64,000 nucleotides of DNA. It comes from Hormiphora californensis (lineage: Eukaryota; Animalia; Ctenophora). The DNA lies in the NCBI GenBank assembly GCA_020137815.1, contig CM035352.1, positions 9,238,001 to 9,302,000 of the forward strand, given 5' to 3'. This document shows positions 37,965-49,486 of this stretch, piece after piece. How positions within the stretch are numbered: position 1 is the first letter of the stretch; each line of letters starts with the position of its first letter. Under the pieces are notes generated by a model. It was not told where the DNA came from. It saw only the letters and a program-made list of their open reading frames with translations, and made no database searches. Made by a program: the position numbers and the translations under genes.

Positions 37965-38614
37965 GATCTACATCTACGAAGCCTCCAAAAGTAACAAAAG
38001 TAAGTAACGTCACACACACACACATACCAAAATCAACGCCTACACACGCCACACACATACAAACACTGTCAAGATTAGTCGGTTATATAATAAATTAATT
38101 AAAAAATAAAAATAAAAAAATTTTTCACCACAAAAAGGATGTAAATTAAAACCTAATATTTACCCAAAAAACGGTATTAAGTTATAAATAGCATATCGTT
38201 ATCACATTATCACACAAGAGGTTTGAACATTGAGCATATTAAGATTAGACAAACCATTACATTTACACAGGTTGCATTTTTCAACAGTATATCATCACTT
38301 TCAAATGTTCATTGTTCTTATTGGGTACGCTGCGTTAGCTGTGTTTTCATTCGTTTCGTTTGGCGTGCACGTCACACGATTCGTTTCTCCTGGCCCATAC
38401 TCGGCCAATTCTCTTTACCCTCATCTCTACCCAACATCTCAAAAGCCAAGATTTTGTCTATTTAGATTTCACACACCAACGAACAAATATTCTCAAAAAA
38501 CTTAACCTAACTCTGGTAAATAATATAATGGTCACTCTCCTAACTCTGGATGGTGGAGGATAGGGATGATGGAGAGTGTTTAGGAATGTTGAAGTGATAT
38601 AGGGACTAGGATGG

Positions 38615-38925
38615 ATGTAGGGAGGGTAGGACTGATGAAGGAGGATAGGACTGATGAAGGAGGGCAGGGCTGAAAAAGACGGTAGGACTAATGAAAGGGA
38701 GGGTAGGACTGATGAAGGAGGGCAGGACTGTTGAAGGAGGGTAGGACTGATGAAGGCGGGTAGGACTGATGATTGATGAAGGAGGGTAGGACTGATGAAG
38801 GAGGGAGGGAGGGTAGGACTGATGAAGGAGGGCAGGACTGATGAAGGAGGGCAGGACTGATGAAGGAGGGTAGGACTGATGAGGGAGGGTAGGACTGATG
38901 AAGGAGGGGGTAGGACTGATGAAGG
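38615..38925. repeat. 19 bp purine-rich minisatellite in the L2 3' UTR
   Basis: GGAGGGTAGGACTGATGAA repeats. Confidence 0.9.
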
Positions 38926-41317
38926 GGGTAGCCGGTAGCACAGGATAATAGAGGGTGTTGAGGATGATGGATGTTGGAGGGCAGCAAGTGGATGGTGGGT
39001 GGGTGGGATAGGTCAGAGTTTCCAGGAGTAAAGAGGAAGGAAATTAGTCGTAGGCAAGTTTGAACAGGTAGGTCTTTAGTGATTTTTTGAAAGTTACCAC
39101 GGATTCACTGTTTCTGATGTACTTTGGCAGTTTGTTCCATAGTTTCGGTGCCGTGACACTGAAAGCTTTTTCAGTGACCTTGTACTTGGTATGACGTTCC
39201 TCTAATCTTGAAACATCTTCATCTACTCTGAGTCGCTTAGCTTTTGTTTGCCTCCTTTGGATCATTTCTGTCATATAGCTTGGGGATCTACCATTTAGGG
39301 CATTGTATATCATCAGACATGCTTTAAACTCGATACGATGTTTTACGGGAAGAAAGTGCGACTTCTTCCTTAGTTCTGTGACCCCTCTCCTGCTTCTTTG
39401 ACCATGTATGAAGCGTGTGGCTGCATTTTGAAGTTGGGGTTTGGGTTGGGGTTAGGCCTTGACATTCCCTACCAGATAAACTTTGAATCAGCCAAAACGG
39501 TTGAGAGGTTTGGCGGTTAGAGCCATTTTAGTGAATCAACTTTTTTGGCAGCGCGCACCTGTAAACAGGCCTCCAAACACCCAGATCGTAACTTCAAAAA
39601 CTTCGTTAAAAAACCAAAAATCAAATTTGAACTGAGCGAGCGCGCGATCGAGCTTGAGCTGCGCGGCGCCCTTTTCTTGTACCAATCCGCCACACGTAAC
39701 GCGCGGCCACGACCAGTCGAATATCTTCAATTAATTCGCGCGTTCCAGACCAATATGTAAATTATTTAAACTGCATATTTAAGAGAATCTTCAATTCATT
39801 CACACACAATGAGAAATTCTAAAATAGAACGTCCATATCGAAGCAGTCGAGTTCCATGGTTGTTTCAAATTATAATCTCACTCCAATACAACTACAGTCG
39901 GACCCCGATTTAGTGGCCCCCGATTTAGTGGCACCCCGATTTAGTGGCAGGATTTTTTCCCTGCCCGGGTGAATGCCGAAGGCATTCACCCGGATGCCTT
40001 TTTACTTTGTAAAAAGGCATAACAGGGTTAGAATTCGAAAACGACATTTTGGTATACTAACTAATCGGTAGAGGGACATTTTTTGGTCACACTTTCGTTG
40101 CGAGGGCAACGGTGTAGCAACTAGAGCCGCGCGCACAGTGACGAGCTACTCCTTCATCAAACATCTCATTGACACAGTTTGATGGACGTGTGTGCGCGCG
40201 CCACTCAACAAAACATGAAATGCTCTGCCGCGCGTTTCGCGTGTTACATACACATTTTCATCTTGCGAGTCGAGTGTGAGATGTTAGATAAGTAGTTAAG
40301 TTGGAATGTCAAAAGCTGGTTAGCAAGTGTCATGTGATTGGGAGTTAGCTAACTCTAAGCTATGGATTTAAACAGGATTTAAACAGGATTTAAACAATAT
40401 ACATCTATAATGGTACTTCATTGTCAGATGAAAAAGAAAGTTAAAGATGCTAAGGTGATTAAAGTTAAATTTAAGTTTAAAATCAATAGGCAAAAACATG
40501 GCGCTCGGGTATAAAAGGAAAACGTACATGAAGGGAATAAATAAATAAATTAAAAAGACACAATAAAAGGGCTAAAAAGCGTAAAGTGGTCAACAGGGGC
40601 AGGGTTAAAGATTACAGGGGGAAAAAGGGGGGAGCGATATAAAAAATAAAACGTGTAGTAGTAAAAAAAGAATAAATCTCGAAGAAAAATAAAACTCAGG
40701 GGGACGGGAAAAAAAACTGCAGCAGGCAAGCAAAACTCACAAATATAAAACACGTATAAGAAATGGGAGAGTTCGTGAAGGTGCCAGCAACCCTGGACTT
40801 TCTGGGAACTGGTGGTGGGGTTGAGTATGCTCAACTAGTGTTTGGTGGGTAACAAAGTTGGATTGGATTGCCGAGATGGAATCCATATCCTAGCGGGCTG
40901 TTGAGGGTACTCAACGTTTCAGGGTGTCATGAAGACTCGGTGGGGCCGAGTAAGCTCACGCTGCTCAGAACTCAACGAAGGTGGATGGTCTTTAATGTGA
41001 TTGGGATCCATATCCTAACGGTTGGTTGAGAATGCTCAACGTTTCAAAGGATATATAGAAATTGGATAGGATTGCCGTAATGGAATCCATATCCTAACGG
41101 GATGCTGAGAATACTCAGCGTATCAGTGGGTATCAAAGACTCAGTGGGGTTGAGTAAGCTCACGCTGATCGGCGAGAGTGGATGGTGTTATGTGATTGGG
41201 ATCCATATCCTAGCGGTTGGTTGAGAATGCTCAACGATTCAAAGGATAAATAGAAAATGGATAGGATTGCCGTAATGGAATCCATATCCTAACGATGTGT
41301 TGAGAGTAATCAACGTT

Positions 41318-43597
41318 TCAGTGGGAATTGGTGGATGGACCCATGTCTCTGATGAAATCCTGTCTTCTAGAGAAAGCTTTTTCGATGTAGATTGCGGTCT
41401 GGCGGACTGGGTCGATAGTGTCATCGGCCGACGGTTTGAAAAGGTGTCTGAGTCTGACCACTACCAGCCGAGGGGAGGTACTTTTTGGTATACGGGCTCT
41501 TAGGTCCTCATAAAGGGGGCATTTCAGGAGGAAGTGGGGTTCGTCTTCGGTGATTCGGTCATAGTGGGGCAGTTCACTTAGGAGCTCAAGAGAGGCGATG
41601 TCGGATGTGTTGCAGTACGGGCACAGTCTCTCTTTTTCCAGTGAGAATCCACCCTTTCGATACTTTTCAAAACGTCCCCGCTCGATGTTGAGGCCATGAG
41701 AAGCCGACCTAATCTGAGCCACTCTCTTGGCTAGATTTCGCTCCAAAGACAAGTATGGTTCGGGTTCGAACTTGACTTTAACGCTATTGTAGAAGGATAG
41801 CTTCCTGTTAGACTCTCTGGATTCCTCCCAGCTATTCAAGAAGCTTTCAGTGGTGTGTTTCCGGACAAAGTTGATAATACTGGAATACCAAACCAGTTCT
41901 GACTGGGTTTGTTCTCGGAACGTGTATACCAAAAGTGGGGTACTGACATCTATGATGTGATCCATGGGGAAGTTTGCTGACATCTCTGCTGCCCGGTTGA
42001 AATACCTCAGGACTCCAGGCTTCAGCGAATAAGCAAGGGGGGTCCGGCCTGTGTCACCCCACATGACAACATTAGGGGATTTTCTGGATACTCCAAGGGC
42101 GAGTTTGAGAAATGTTAGGTGGAGTTTTTCAAGTGGGTCTGAGGCTAAGGCCTTCAGATCGGGGCAGGTTGACTTATTGAGTTTTGACCAGGTGGTTATC
42201 GGTAGCCATACCTGGTTACAGTAGGATGCTATAGGTAGGATCAGATGGTCAAACAACTTGAGAATAAGATCAGGGGGGAGGACTGAGAGGTTGATGGCAC
42301 GTTTCAGGCTCATGATGGACCGAATAGCTTTCTGCCTAAGTGCCATGAGGTTTGCCTTGAATGATCCGTTGAGACTGAAGATCACACCCAAATAGCAGTA
42401 TGACTTGGCAGATGGAACCTTATTACCGTTGTATGTGAAGGTGTGACTGTCCCTAAGAATAACCGATGCTTTGTTAAACACCATTACAGCAGTTTTCTTT
42501 AAGTTTACAGTAAGTCCCCATGTTGTGCAGAAGGACTCCAAGGTAGACAGGAGGTTTTGGAGTGATCGGTGGTCAAGCGCTAGTAGAACCAAATCGTCTG
42601 CCCATAGGAGGTGGGACAGAGGTCTACCGGCCAGCTCCGGTAGTGTAGCATCTGTCTGGTCCAGTTCCGCTGTGAGCTCATATAAGTATACCTTGAAAAG
42701 CTCAGGGCTCATAGGGTGCCCTTGCTCTGTTCCCACTAGGATCTCGATTCGTTCAGATAGTTTCCCCAGCAGTTTGATCTTGGCGGCAGAGCTAAAATAC
42801 ATGTCCTCCATGACTCCGTAGAAGTTGCCACGGACCCCGTATTTCCAAAGTTTATAGAGCAAGGCTTCCCGACAGACGGTGTCGAACGCTTTTGAATAGT
42901 CTATAAACGCCGAATAGAGTCGGGCCCCTCTTCCCTTTTTGGAGGTTACGTACTTCTCAATGGTTGTTCTGAGTGTCAACACATGGTCGGCTGTCTCGGC
43001 GCCTTTAGTAAAACCCAGTTGATTAGGGGGGTCAGGGATTTCCATCGAGCGGAATTGCACCAGCCGATTAAGTAAGATGGAAGAAAAAAGTTTTCCTACG
43101 TTACTGGAAACAGCGATAGCCCGATAGTTGTTAGGGTCATAGGAGCATCCCTTTTTGTGGAGCGGAGTAACAACTGATTCTTTCCATGGGTAGACTCTGT
43201 TAGTCATACATTGGTTGAAGAGATTTACCAGGGCAGCTATCATGTGAGTACCGCAGACTTTGATGAATTCATTGGCGATTCGGTCACACGCCACCGCTTT
43301 GCCGTTTTTGAGCCGCTTAATTCCACTCTTCACTTCCTCAAATGTGACAGGGGAGTTTAAAACACTCTCTAGGTCAGCTCTTAGCTCCGAATGGGGGGCT
43401 CTCGGGTTGTTGATGTCATTGATACCTGGTGGGCGGGTTTTCTCGCTGTAGAGATTCTTAAAGAAACAACAGAAGTTCCGCATATCAAAAGCGTCAAGGG
43501 AACTGGCATGTTGGAGGTTTTTCATGTTCTTTAACTTAGACCAGTTGATCGAAGCTATGTGAGAAGTATACTGACAGCTAGATCGTATGCATCTCAC
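41318..43597 (-). CDS. 5'-truncated non-LTR retrotransposon RT (RTEX-like) with C-terminal CCHC
   Basis: NYRAIA, QLGF, FIDYSKAFDTV, QGHPMSP, LLWADDL; C-terminal RLCPYC...EDEPHFLLKC. The 3' UTR (~40790-41318) holds ~200 bp tandem units. Confidence 0.85.
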   Translation of the reverse strand: MRCIRSSCQYTSHIASINWSKLKNMKNLQHASSLDAFDMRNFCCFFKNLYSEKTRPPGINDINNPRAPHSELRADLESVLNSPVTFEEVKSGIKRLKNGKAVACDRIANEFIKVCGTHMIAALVNLFNQCMTNRVYPWKESVVTPLHKKGCSYDPNNYRAIAVSSNVGKLFSSILLNRLVQFRSMEIPDPPNQLGFTKGAETADHVLTLRTTIEKYVTSKKGRGARLYSAFIDYSKAFDTVCREALLYKLWKYGVRGNFYGVMEDMYFSSAAKIKLLGKLSERIEILVGTEQGHPMSPELFKVYLYELTAELDQTDATLPELAGRPLSHLLWADDLVLLALDHRSLQNLLSTLESFCTTWGLTVNLKKTAVMVFNKASVILRDSHTFTYNGNKVPSAKSYCYLGVIFSLNGSFKANLMALRQKAIRSIMSLKRAINLSVLPPDLILKLFDHLILPIASYCNQVWLPITTWSKLNKSTCPDLKALASDPLEKLHLTFLKLALGVSRKSPNVVMWGDTGRTPLAYSLKPGVLRYFNRAAEMSANFPMDHIIDVSTPLLVYTFREQTQSELVWYSSIINFVRKHTTESFLNSWEESRESNRKLSFYNSVKVKFEPEPYLSLERNLAKRVAQIRSASHGLNIERGRFEKYRKGGFSLEKERLCPYCNTSDIASLELLSELPHYDRITEDEPHFLLKCPLYEDLRARIPKSTSPRLVVVRLRHLFKPSADDTIDPVRQTAIYIEKAFSRRQDFIRDMGPSTNSH

Positions 43598-43759
43598 ATT
43601 ACATTATGACCAAGCCTTGATCCTGTTGGCAGTGACAATGTCAATGACATGTGAAACGGTAGGGCAGGGAAACACAGCATTATGAATACATAATGCAATA
43701 ATTCTTGTTTCCCCCAAAAATTAAAAAAAAATTTTTTGTGAAGTTTTTTTGGAAATTTT

Positions 43760-44280
43760 TTTAAAAATTTTTCAAAGGAATACCAGCCACTTCCGAATCG
43801 TGTTTCGAATCAGTGAATCTTATTGCATGTCCTGCTGCTAATTAGACGGTTCAGAACGAACCGATACGTGATCCCCATGGGGCCATTGAATCATAAGTTC
43901 ACCAAGCGTCAAAATTTCGATTCGATGGGGATCACGTTTCGATTCGTTCCGAGCCGTCTAATTAGCAGCAGGACATGCGATAAGCACCGATTCGAAACAC
44001 GATTCAGACGTGGCTGGTATACCTTTAAAAAATTTCAAAACTTTTTTTTTGCAAAATTTTACAGTACGATTGTCAATGCTTTGATCGGTGCTCCCCATAA
44101 ATTTTTAGAGAAAAAGGTATTTTGAAATTTTGATACTTCCTCACCCGCTTAGGGTGCCCCGATTCGGCATGGTTTCACGTATCGGTGTGTTTCGAACCCG
44201 CTAATTAGACAGGACATCCAGGAATCTGCACCGATTCGAAACACAAATCGGACGGGCTGGTATAACTTAGAAAATTTTTC
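43760..44280. repeat. ~120 bp inverted repeat pair plus a third direct copy, inside the TA-TSD element
   Basis: ~43775-43880 pairs with ~43926-44030; related copy at ~44175-44280. Confidence 0.7.
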
Positions 44281-44704
44281 ACAATTTTTTGAAAAAGTTA
44301 TTTTATAGTTTTCTATTTCTAATCAGAAATGAGCATGTCATGAATACATGAATATTGCATATAACAGTTAGAGGTGTCTTTAGTCTTAGTATAGCATTTT
44401 GGGCATAAAATAGGTTTTTATGGGCCAAATATGGCTCACCTCGATTTAGTGGCACCCCGATTTAGTGGCAGGATTTTTTTCCCCCGAGGATGCCACTAAA
44501 TCGGGGTCCGACTGTACAAGTGACATTCACTTTCACAAGTGACATTCACTTTCAGACTCGAGTCTCAGCTAAAAACTGTCTCGTGTAGTCTTGGCAATAA
44601 AGCTACACATAATAACATAGTCATAAGTTTCGTACTAATAGATCTCTCAATGGGCAACAAAGAAGGGTATCGTTACATCAGTATGCCATGAAATCGTCCA
44701 CCCT

Positions 44705-45991
<1,287 letters not shown>

Positions 45992-46221
45992 TGTGTAACT
46001 GCAGTACTAAACAGGGGGTTGTATAAAACATATAACATGTCACGTGGGTAACAATAACAGAGATCTTTCTAGAGAGAGAGAGGAGAGTTTGACAAAATAC
46101 GTGTTCAGATAAAAACGTTTAAAAATGTTAAAACATCGGAAAAGTATATTATGTTACTGAGAAAGAGCTAGATAAAACTATTGCCCCGGCTCACTCTGTG
46201 TAAATTTAGAGCTAGATAAAA

Positions 46222-49200
46222 CTATTGCCCCGGCCCACTAAAGTTATTCTGCCCACTCTGACTGTCTGCTGCTGCTGTACTGGCTGGCAGCTCAGGTCCA
46301 AACTCCAAGTTAGGGTCTGTGATCAGAGCAGTAGCAAGCTGTCTGATTTTACTAAGACTACAGTTTTCAGCAAACCATCTGTGGGCCGATCTACAGAAAC
46401 TGTCTAGAGATGTGTTATCCACCATACTATTGAAGGACAGGAAGAGAGGATCCAAAAGTGAGGAGTATATCCCCATCTCAGGGTTGATCCTGGCCCGATC
46501 CTCTATAAACACTCTGTATTCCTGATCCACAACATTCGAACTGAAACACGCTGCACTGATTCCGTTCTCAGGGATCTGCCTCTGGTGTTGTGATATCTGC
46601 TCCTTCCTCTGTTCTATCCTGGATACCAACATCACTATCTCATTATCTAACTCTCTATCCTTGTGTTCCTCCTGTTGAATGAAATCAGCTGCTCTCTGGA
46701 GGATGGTAGCCTGTGATACCTTGTTTCCCATCACTTCAACGGGCACAGCTGCCCTCAACCTCTGCAGTTTAGTTTTTATAACTCCCCTCCTCTTCCTGTC
46801 TGTCTCTGCCTCACTCATTTTTACCTTTTCCTCCTTCTGGGCATTAGTGACAGGAGGGGGAGGCTGGTATTGGAATTCAGGGAAGGATGGAGGGCGTGTA
46901 GCACTGTAGCAGTATTGTAGTCGTGTAGGGGGATAATAGGCAGGACCCTTTGGCATTACACCCCCTCCACATGGTAACTGTGGTCCACAGTGCGGCCTCT
47001 GCTGCTGCTGGCAAGATTGGAATGTAGAAGGGGGTTCATAACCCCCCTCTACATATGCTCCTGTAGTGGCCAGGGCTTGTGGAGGAGGTGGTTTACGGTA
47101 GGAACCAGCGTTATAGCACGACATGAGGCCTGGCTGTGGTCCAGTATTTTGAGGTGTTGGGTATTGGACTTGTTGTGGGATACCAGGCCAGGCAAGGGGG
47201 AGGTGATACTGAGACATATCAGCTGCAGTAGCTAGTGTATTTAGTGATGTGGTATCTGGTACAGATGTCTGTTGCTGGGTCGAGACCTCAGTTCCTGGAA
47301 GCGGGCCAGAGAGTTAGGAAAAACAAACAGAGAATAAAATGATTAGAAAAAGAGGGGAGGGGGTAATTTGAGAGTCACTGGTATATCATTTTACAGGACC
47401 TAGCGACACACTCTCCATTTGAGAGAGGGGGGAGGAATGAACGATATAAAACTATGCAAGATGACATACCTCCAATGACATATGAATTCCCGTTGCTTCC
47501 TGAGTATGGGTTTGTAGGGGGAGGGGGAGGTGCAGGGGTAGAGGGATGTTGGTGACCAGTTAATCCCATAATATCCACCAGAAATGGGGTGTCATTGCCA
47601 GAGGATGTGAAAATATCAGGCAGGTCAATTTGGGAGCACAGGTCCAGGCTGAAGAACTCACTGAAACCCTCCAACATTCCTGAAGAATTATTATAGGGGT
47701 ATCAGGGGTGAGAGGGGGTGCCACACAGTGTCACTGACCCAGCAGTCAGGTGAGGTACTGCTGATTACAATTCCATATTGGGAGGTAACGTGCGGGTCGT
47801 GCTGACAATGTACACTTTGATATCTTAGAAGCCGCGCGACTCTGCGCGTTACAGTAAGAGATAGGAAGAACGAACCTGGGAGAATGAGGTCGTCATCAAG
47901 ACCAGGACCTTCTGCGATTATTTTATCTGCCTTCCCTTTCCCTGTAACTAAACTAGTTATTTCACTTTTCTTGTTTGCTGGCTTCCTAGTTTTTCTCCAT
48001 TCACTGTACTGGGCCCGCAGTGTCGTGTGTTTTCTGTGGAAATGGGTGACTGATAGAGCATGGCATGGTGGTATAACACTGATAGAGCATGGTAGGGAGA
48101 GAGAAGAGTAGGGAGGGGGGGGGGGGCAGATATATCATGTTACGAGAACTGGTACTGTAAGTTACTACACCACTGTTTTAATTGAACCAGTCAACCAGGT
48201 ATAGAACAACAAGTTAACCCGGCCTTGCCAAAAGCTGAAAGCTGTTTGAACATACACCACCCCTCTTTTCAACTTCTTACCCTCCTTTACAATACTTGTG
48301 GAGAGAAGGTCAAGCAGACCAATTACCCCACCGTATTCCCCAACCCCACCTTACCCTTCATACCTGCACCAGTAGTGTCCCTCTACCACCCACCCTTCAT
48401 ACCTGCACCAGTAATGACCCTCTACCACCACTGCCATTGTCCTAGTGTGGTATCTGTCCGCCAGGGGCAGGGGGTTAGCGAACTTGATAACAGTATCCTT
48501 CCCTTTTATAAAGTGCACATACCTAGAGAGAGGTGGGCTGTTAGACTGTACAAGATAAACAGCAAGACACTGAATGGGAGGAGTAGATCTACCGTCTATA
48601 TATCCATGATATCGGGGCAATAAAGTTGAAAGATTAGATATGGTGAAATTGCAGTGTGTTGTGTAGACGCTGTGCACGGCGTGAAATCATTGTGTATACC
48701 ACCTTCCCAATTCTTACCACTGTCTCCATATTGAATTGTTAATCCGTGTTTTAACTGCAAAAGCCTTCAGATCCTCAGCGGGCTTCTTCCACCAATGTGG
48801 TGCTACAATTGGGGCAGAAAACTCAGCAGATATCGGGGTAATGACATCTTTGTATAAATCATCATTAATCTTCGTCAGTGACACCTCATCCTGTGAGAGG
48901 GAGGGGGTTAACATTGCTATTTGTCAGACACTAACAGTAATATCGTGCACGCTGTAACTCTCCTCACCCGGCCCTTCCGCCTGGTTTGGAGAGTACAGTT
49001 TTTTGTGTGAGACTTGGTGACGCCATCACCTCTCTGCTTCGCGGGCTTTGTTTTCGCGCGCCACACGCGCGAGTTGTAAAGGTGACTGCGTCACCAAGTG
49101 TGAGACTAACCTGTTGTAGGTTGGTAGCAAGCTGTACCGCTCTGTAGTGCCCCCACCCTCCCCCTCCCAGCCTCCCCACCCAACCCCCAGCCTCCCCACC

Positions 49201-49264
49201 CAACCCTTCAAACCTGTTGTAGGTTGGTAGCAAGCTGTACCGCTCTGATTATCTCTGAATCCAT
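46222..49264 (-). CDS. MLXIP: Mondo-family (MLXIP/ChREBP-like) bHLH-ZIP transcription factor
   Basis: Exons 48890-48718 (VSLTK..IVAPHW..KTRINNSIWRQW), 48522-48403 (FANPL..EGHYW), 48033-47876, 47679-47470, 47294-46222 (SEAETDRKRRGVIK..VSQATILQRAADFI bHLH, zipper, DCD-like tail). The first two short exons and the start at 49264 are tentative. Confidence 0.8.
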
Positions 49265-49486
49265 TGTCCATTATCAAACAATCTAAACCATCTCCCTGTG
49301 TCAGGATTATATCAGGGGGGCAGAGGATTATATCAGGGAGGGGGGCCGGGGGGTGGGGGTGGAGCATTATATCAGGTCAGGACGAGGGGGGGGGGCAGAG
49401 GAACAATAATGTATGACGCAGAGTTCAAACACACAAAACAACAATGAATCATATACATACAATACAAAGAAATTACAACCCTCAAA

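Larger units (their letters stand above)
33384..38008 (+). mobile_element. Near full-length CR1-group LINE inserted in a (CA)n tract
   Basis: Two overlapping ORFs, short 3' UTR with AAGTAAC-type tail, GTCACACACACACACA on both flanks. Confidence 0.9.
33021..39431 (-). mobile_element. 5'-truncated L2-like LINE with long 3' UTR, interrupted by another LINE
   Basis: ORF2 C-terminus 39431-39044 (LQNAATRFI...FLPVKHRIEFKACLMIYNAL...AFSVTAPKLWNKLP...FKKSLKTYLF); (TTTTCA)n tail at ~33023-33042. Confidence 0.75.
32951..39587. mobile_element. Small non-autonomous inverted-repeat element with TTAGGG-like tract, expanded by nested LINEs
   Basis: Ends AATCTGGGTGTTTTGG (32953) and CCAAACACCCAGAT (~39573-39586); GGGTTAGGG repeats; GCGCGCACCTGTAAACAGGC shared with the copies at 58381-63486 and 63768-64000. 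Confidence 0.7.
39895..44514. mobile_element. Tc1/mariner-pogo-type TIR element with TA TSD, carrying nested cargo
   Basis: TIRs CAGTCGGACCCCGATTTAGTGGC / GCCACTAAATCGGGGTCCGACTG flanked by TA; the empty site near 10742 (GTCACCTG-TA-GTTGTG) has a single TA. Confidence 0.88.

Noticed and set aside
38615-38925. Repeated CTGATGA resembling the hammerhead ribozyme core
   Set aside because: The purine-rich unit has no complementary stems and no correctly placed GAAA or cleavage triplet.
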